In this document: positions 60,464 through 64,000 of the stretch, piece after piece | Numbering within the stretch: the stretch's first letter is position 1 | How the letters are laid out: every line of letters starts with the position of its first letter | Assembly (NCBI GenBank): GCA_963720465.1 | Contig: OY970393.1 | Location: 1,376,001-1,440,000 of the forward strand | Direction: 5' to 3' | DNA: 64,000 bases | DNA from: Methanobacteriota archaeon | GTDB taxonomy: Archaea; Halobacteriota; Bog-38; Methanoflorentales; Methanoflorentaceae | Notes under the pieces: generated by a model | The model's input: only the letters and a program-made list of their open reading frames with translations | Database searches by the model: none | Told to the model about the DNA's origin: nothing | Translations under genes and position numbers: made by a program

Positions 60464-62692
60464 ATGCAGGTTCCGAACCCTTTCACGGCGAACGACTGGG
60501 ATATTAGGAGCTTCCTTTTAACGGTGGTGGTCCTTCAGTGCGCTGTCTTTGTCCTGATTGCGCTCGATGTATTGGGGTTCCACGTCCCTATTCTGCGGCA
60601 GCTCTTCACCTTTGGTTATCTCGTTTTTGTCCCAGGTCTGCTCCTTCTCAGAACTTTCAGAATTCATAAGTTAGGCAGCGTTGAAACCGCGTTATTTACA
60701 GCCGGCTTGAGCATTGCGGCACTGATGTTTATCGGCCTAGTTATGAATACGGCGTTGCCAGTGCTTGGGTTCGATGCGCCGATATCCCTGTTGCCGGTAA
60801 CTGTGGTACTAGCTGGCTTCGTCGCAGTATTTGGCGCACTCAGCTATGTTAGGGACAAGAACTTCTCAGACACTGAGAAATGGGATTGCGCCCAAATCTT
60901 TTCTGCGCCCTACTTGTTCTTTATCTTGTTGCCATTTCTGTCGATAATTGGGGCCTACGTCATGAATGCCTTCAGCATCAACTTGGTTCTCGAGCTTTTA
61001 CTTTTGATAATAGCGTGCGCTTTCATCGTTCTCATCTCCTCTAAGAAGATCCCAACGCACGTGTATCCGCTGGCCGTTTTTTCCATCTCTCTCTCTTTAC
61101 TGTTTTATTGGTCTTTGATATCCAACTTTCTGACAGGATATGATGTTCTAGGCGAGTATTTCAATGCCCACTTAGTGTTACAAAACGCGGTTTGGGACCC
61201 TTTCATGCCAAGCCTTTACAACGGCGTGCTTAGCGTAGTAATGCTTGCGCCATTTCTCTCTCTGTTGTCCAACCTGTCACTCGTGTGGGTTTTTAAGATT
61301 GTTTACCCTGTGCTGTTCTCCCTCGTCCCTGTGGGCTTGTTTTGGGTGTATAAAAGACTAACAGACGACAAGGTAGCGTTTTTAGCTGTCGCCTACATTA
61401 TGTCGCTCACTTCGTTTTTCGTTTATATGCCGGGGTTGGCGCGGCAAGAAATTGCCGAGATATTTGTCGTCCTGGCGTTGCTGCTCGTAGTTGATCGAAA
61501 AATAGAAGCGACGATAAAAACAGGATTGTTTATCATCTTTCTCTCCGCGCTTGCCGTATCTCATTACACGATCTCTTACATTTTTATTGGTTGCCTTGTG
61601 ACGGCATTGCTGATACTCTCTCTACAGAAAAACGGTGCTCTGATAAAATGGAAGGCGAAGCTGATCTCTTTGTTAAGTAATGAAGACCAAGCCGGGGGCT
61701 CGGTCAACCGATCCGCTATAGCACGCGAGTCACTTGTCACTGTCGCTCGCAGCTCTTACTTCATTGTCTGCGTGCTGTCGTGGTACGCGTACGTTTCGGC
61801 CGGTTCGGCCATAGATAAGCTTTCCGGTTTGGCACAGAATATTTCATCTCATGTCTCTTCGGATCTTCTGAGCCCGAGCACCTCACAAGGGGCAGCAATC
61901 ATTGTTAGCCAGCCTACGTCCCCGTTGCACGCCGTCACGAAATACTTTTACCTGGTAAGCATCGGCCTCGTCATCATCGGTTTGCTAGCGACCTGGCTTA
62001 AACCAACGATGCGCCTAAACAGGGAAATCTCAGCATTTTTCGTCCCTGCCTGCGCGCTCTTGGCTGCAGCAATTGCCCTCCCATTTTTAGCTGGCCAAAT
62101 TCAAACGGATAGGTTGTTGCATATCGGGCTACTTTTTCTCGCGCCCCTATTCCCCATAGGGGCGCTCGCAGTCGGCGGAATAGCGAGAGCCATAGCAATC
62201 CGCAGGCGAGCTACATCAGAAAATATGCGTACGTGGGTGTTGCGTGGTCTCTCTGTTTTTCTTGCTGTGTTTCTACTGCTCAACAGCGGGCTGATTTACG
62301 AAGTCGTTCACGACCATCCTACGTCGATAGCGCTCGACAAAACGGTTGCGTCACCTGTTTTCGATGACATGGAAACGACAGCATCGCTGTGGCTTCAGAA
62401 CGAGACCCCGCCGAATGCACAAATGTATGCCGATTCCTATCATTACACATTGCTCTTGACCATTACCCCGGACAGCAACGTGAGGACTCTGTGGGTGCCT
62501 TCAACTAACTTCTCTGCAGAATTGCCCTACAACTACATCTTTTTGGGAACCACTAACGTCGCAAATAAAGAGTTCTATATAGCTCAAATCTCTGCTAGTG
62601 ATGTCCCGCAATATGCCAATGTCAGCACATCTGAAATAAGCCAGACTCGCAGTTTACTGTATGACAACGGAGGTGCGCAGGTGTACCTTTGA
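60464..62692 (+). CDS. DUF2206 polytopic membrane protein
   Basis: GYDVLGEY, WVFKIVYP, RQEIAE and SHY motifs; C-terminal YDNG; many TM segments. Confidence 0.85.
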   Translation: MQVPNPFTANDWDIRSFLLTVVVLQCAVFVLIALDVLGFHVPILRQLFTFGYLVFVPGLLLLRTFRIHKLGSVETALFTAGLSIAALMFIGLVMNTALPVLGFDAPISLLPVTVVLAGFVAVFGALSYVRDKNFSDTEKWDCAQIFSAPYLFFILLPFLSIIGAYVMNAFSINLVLELLLLIIACAFIVLISSKKIPTHVYPLAVFSISLSLLFYWSLISNFLTGYDVLGEYFNAHLVLQNAVWDPFMPSLYNGVLSVVMLAPFLSLLSNLSLVWVFKIVYPVLFSLVPVGLFWVYKRLTDDKVAFLAVAYIMSLTSFFVYMPGLARQEIAEIFVVLALLLVVDRKIEATIKTGLFIIFLSALAVSHYTISYIFIGCLVTALLILSLQKNGALIKWKAKLISLLSNEDQAGGSVNRSAIARESLVTVARSSYFIVCVLSWYAYVSAGSAIDKLSGLAQNISSHVSSDLLSPSTSQGAAIIVSQPTSPLHAVTKYFYLVSIGLVIIGLLATWLKPTMRLNREISAFFVPACALLAAAIALPFLAGQIQTDRLLHIGLLFLAPLFPIGALAVGGIARAIAIRRRATSENMRTWVLRGLSVFLAVFLLLNSGLIYEVVHDHPTSIALDKTVASPVFDDMETTASLWLQNETPPNAQMYADSYHYTLLLTITPDSNVRTLWVPSTNFSAELPYNYIFLGTTNVANKEFYIAQISASDVPQYANVSTSEISQTRSLLYDNGGAQVYL

Positions 62693-63060
62693 CTTGAATT
62701 CAATTTTACAAGGCTCAGTACCGAGGAGCCTCCGCGAAATTGACAATTGGGGGTCAGCCCTGCAGATTCTCACATTTGATGTGCAGCCAGTCTGCGCCAG
62801 TTGTCTTCAGCGATCGATGAGCATGGCGAATAACGGACACCTTAAAGGGTTAGGGGAGACATATTTACGTGCACTTAGCTCCCATTATTGCATCAAGACT
62901 TGTGCTCTCCGCAACCCGAAAAACCCCACACAAGAAACCAATCAAATCAAATTGAGGCGAAATGCTAATGTTGAAATTTGTAAGATTATCTGTCTGCGCG
63001 TTCAAACCAACTTAGTCGAGACGCCAAGTGAGTCGAGAGCGCTCAGTTGACCGTTGCTCT

Positions 63061-64000
63061 ATGAACAAAACGATGAATGAAATGCGATGGCCCAAAGTTT
63101 TTATTATTATCCTTAACTGGAACGGCTGGAAAGACACAATAGAGTGCCTGGAATCGCTCTATGCTATTTCCTATCCCAACTACCAAGTTATCGTCGTAGA
63201 CAATAATTCACAGGATGATTCGCTTGCAAGAATAAACGCCTACGCCCGCGGTGAAATAGTGATCGAATCGTCTTTGTTCGCTCAGAGCAGTCGTCCACAA
63301 GGCTTGAAAGCTACGCAACTTGCCAGAGAACAAGCAGAATGCGTGTCCGTCTGCAGAGAAGAAGTAATGACAGAGCACGTGTCTCAAGCCCTTCAGAACG
63401 AGCAGCTATTGATTATTCAGAACGAGCAGAATTTTGGATATTCAGAGGGCAATAACATCGGTATGCGCTACGCGTTGAAAGCAGCTGCTGATTACATATT
63501 GCTGTTGAATAATGATACGGTAGTCCACGAAGATTTTCTTACAGAGCTCGTACGTGTCGCGGAAGAGGATGACAGCATTGGAGCTATAGGACCTAAGATA
63601 TGCTTTTACGACGCGCCTCAAGTCATCGAGTCGACGGGCGCTCGCATTAACTTCTGGACAGGCAGAGGGATTGCCCTCAATTGGGAGAAGGCGGACGATC
63701 TTCTTGATTCTTCAAGTGCCCAGAAGTTGTTGTCCGTTGATTACATCTCCGGCGCTTGTTTTCTGATACCCCGCAGAATAATTGAAGAGGTAGGCGGGCT
63801 TGACCCACTGTATTTCCTTTACGGAGAAGAGCTTGACTGGTGTATTCGAATCAGCAAAGCGGGCTATAGAATCACATGTGACCTAGACAGCAAGATCTGG
63901 CATAAAGGCATGGCATCAACTTCGAAGGACGCGCGATTCTCTCAGTACTACCTCGAAAGAAATCGAGTCATCTACATGAGAAAGTACGCAACGACGTTGC
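63061..64000 (+). CDS. GT2 glycosyltransferase, 3'-truncated by the window edge
   Basis: IIILNWNGWKDTIECLESL, VVDNNS, LLLNNDT, YFLYGEELDW and IWHK motifs; absent from the ORF track because there is no stop in the window. Confidence 0.9.
   Translation, partial: MNKTMNEMRWPKVFIIILNWNGWKDTIECLESLYAISYPNYQVIVVDNNSQDDSLARINAYARGEIVIESSLFAQSSRPQGLKATQLAREQAECVSVCREEVMTEHVSQALQNEQLLIIQNEQNFGYSEGNNIGMRYALKAAADYILLLNNDTVVHEDFLTELVRVAEEDDSIGAIGPKICFYDAPQVIESTGARINFWTGRGIALNWEKADDLLDSSSAQKLLSVDYISGACFLIPRRIIEEVGGLDPLYFLYGEELDWCIRISKAGYRITCDLDSKIWHKGMASTSKDARFSQYYLERNRVIYMRKYATTL

Overview
Archaeal chromosomal segment, most consistent with a methanogen-like Halobacteriota/Methanomicrobia relative. This is inferred from the aroA'/aroB' shikimate route, SepCysS, the MA1821/MA1822-type homocysteine genes, DUF2769 and DUF2206 proteins, and TATA-type promoters. 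In order, the window contains: an aromatic amino acid operon; many sulfur-handling genes (MA1821/22 plus UPF0280, iscS, larE, fdhD, metY-metX-metW, pscS, tRNA-Cys, iscU); amt-glnK; nadA; a triplicated block of exported thioredoxin-like lipoproteins interleaved with iscU copies; three tandem DUF2769 genes; rmlD/rmlA; a class III RNR with an NrdH-like redoxin; and a surface-glycan cluster running off the right end. There is no CRISPR array, integrase or intact transposase. Several conserved genes carry 1-2 nt indels, mostly in short homopolymers, which most likely reflect long-read consensus errors. The best leads are: (1) a palindromic box shared by the two alternative homocysteine operons, next to Cys-bearing HTH regulators (candidate sulfur regulon); (2) the thioredoxin-lipoprotein array, with conserved promoter and leader but divergent catalytic domains; (3) a multi-branched intergenic RNA-like structure at 26.84-27.0 kb; (4) an orphan Cas6b-like fragment coupled to a membrane glycosyltransferase. 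All family calls come from motif recognition by eye; no database searches were run.
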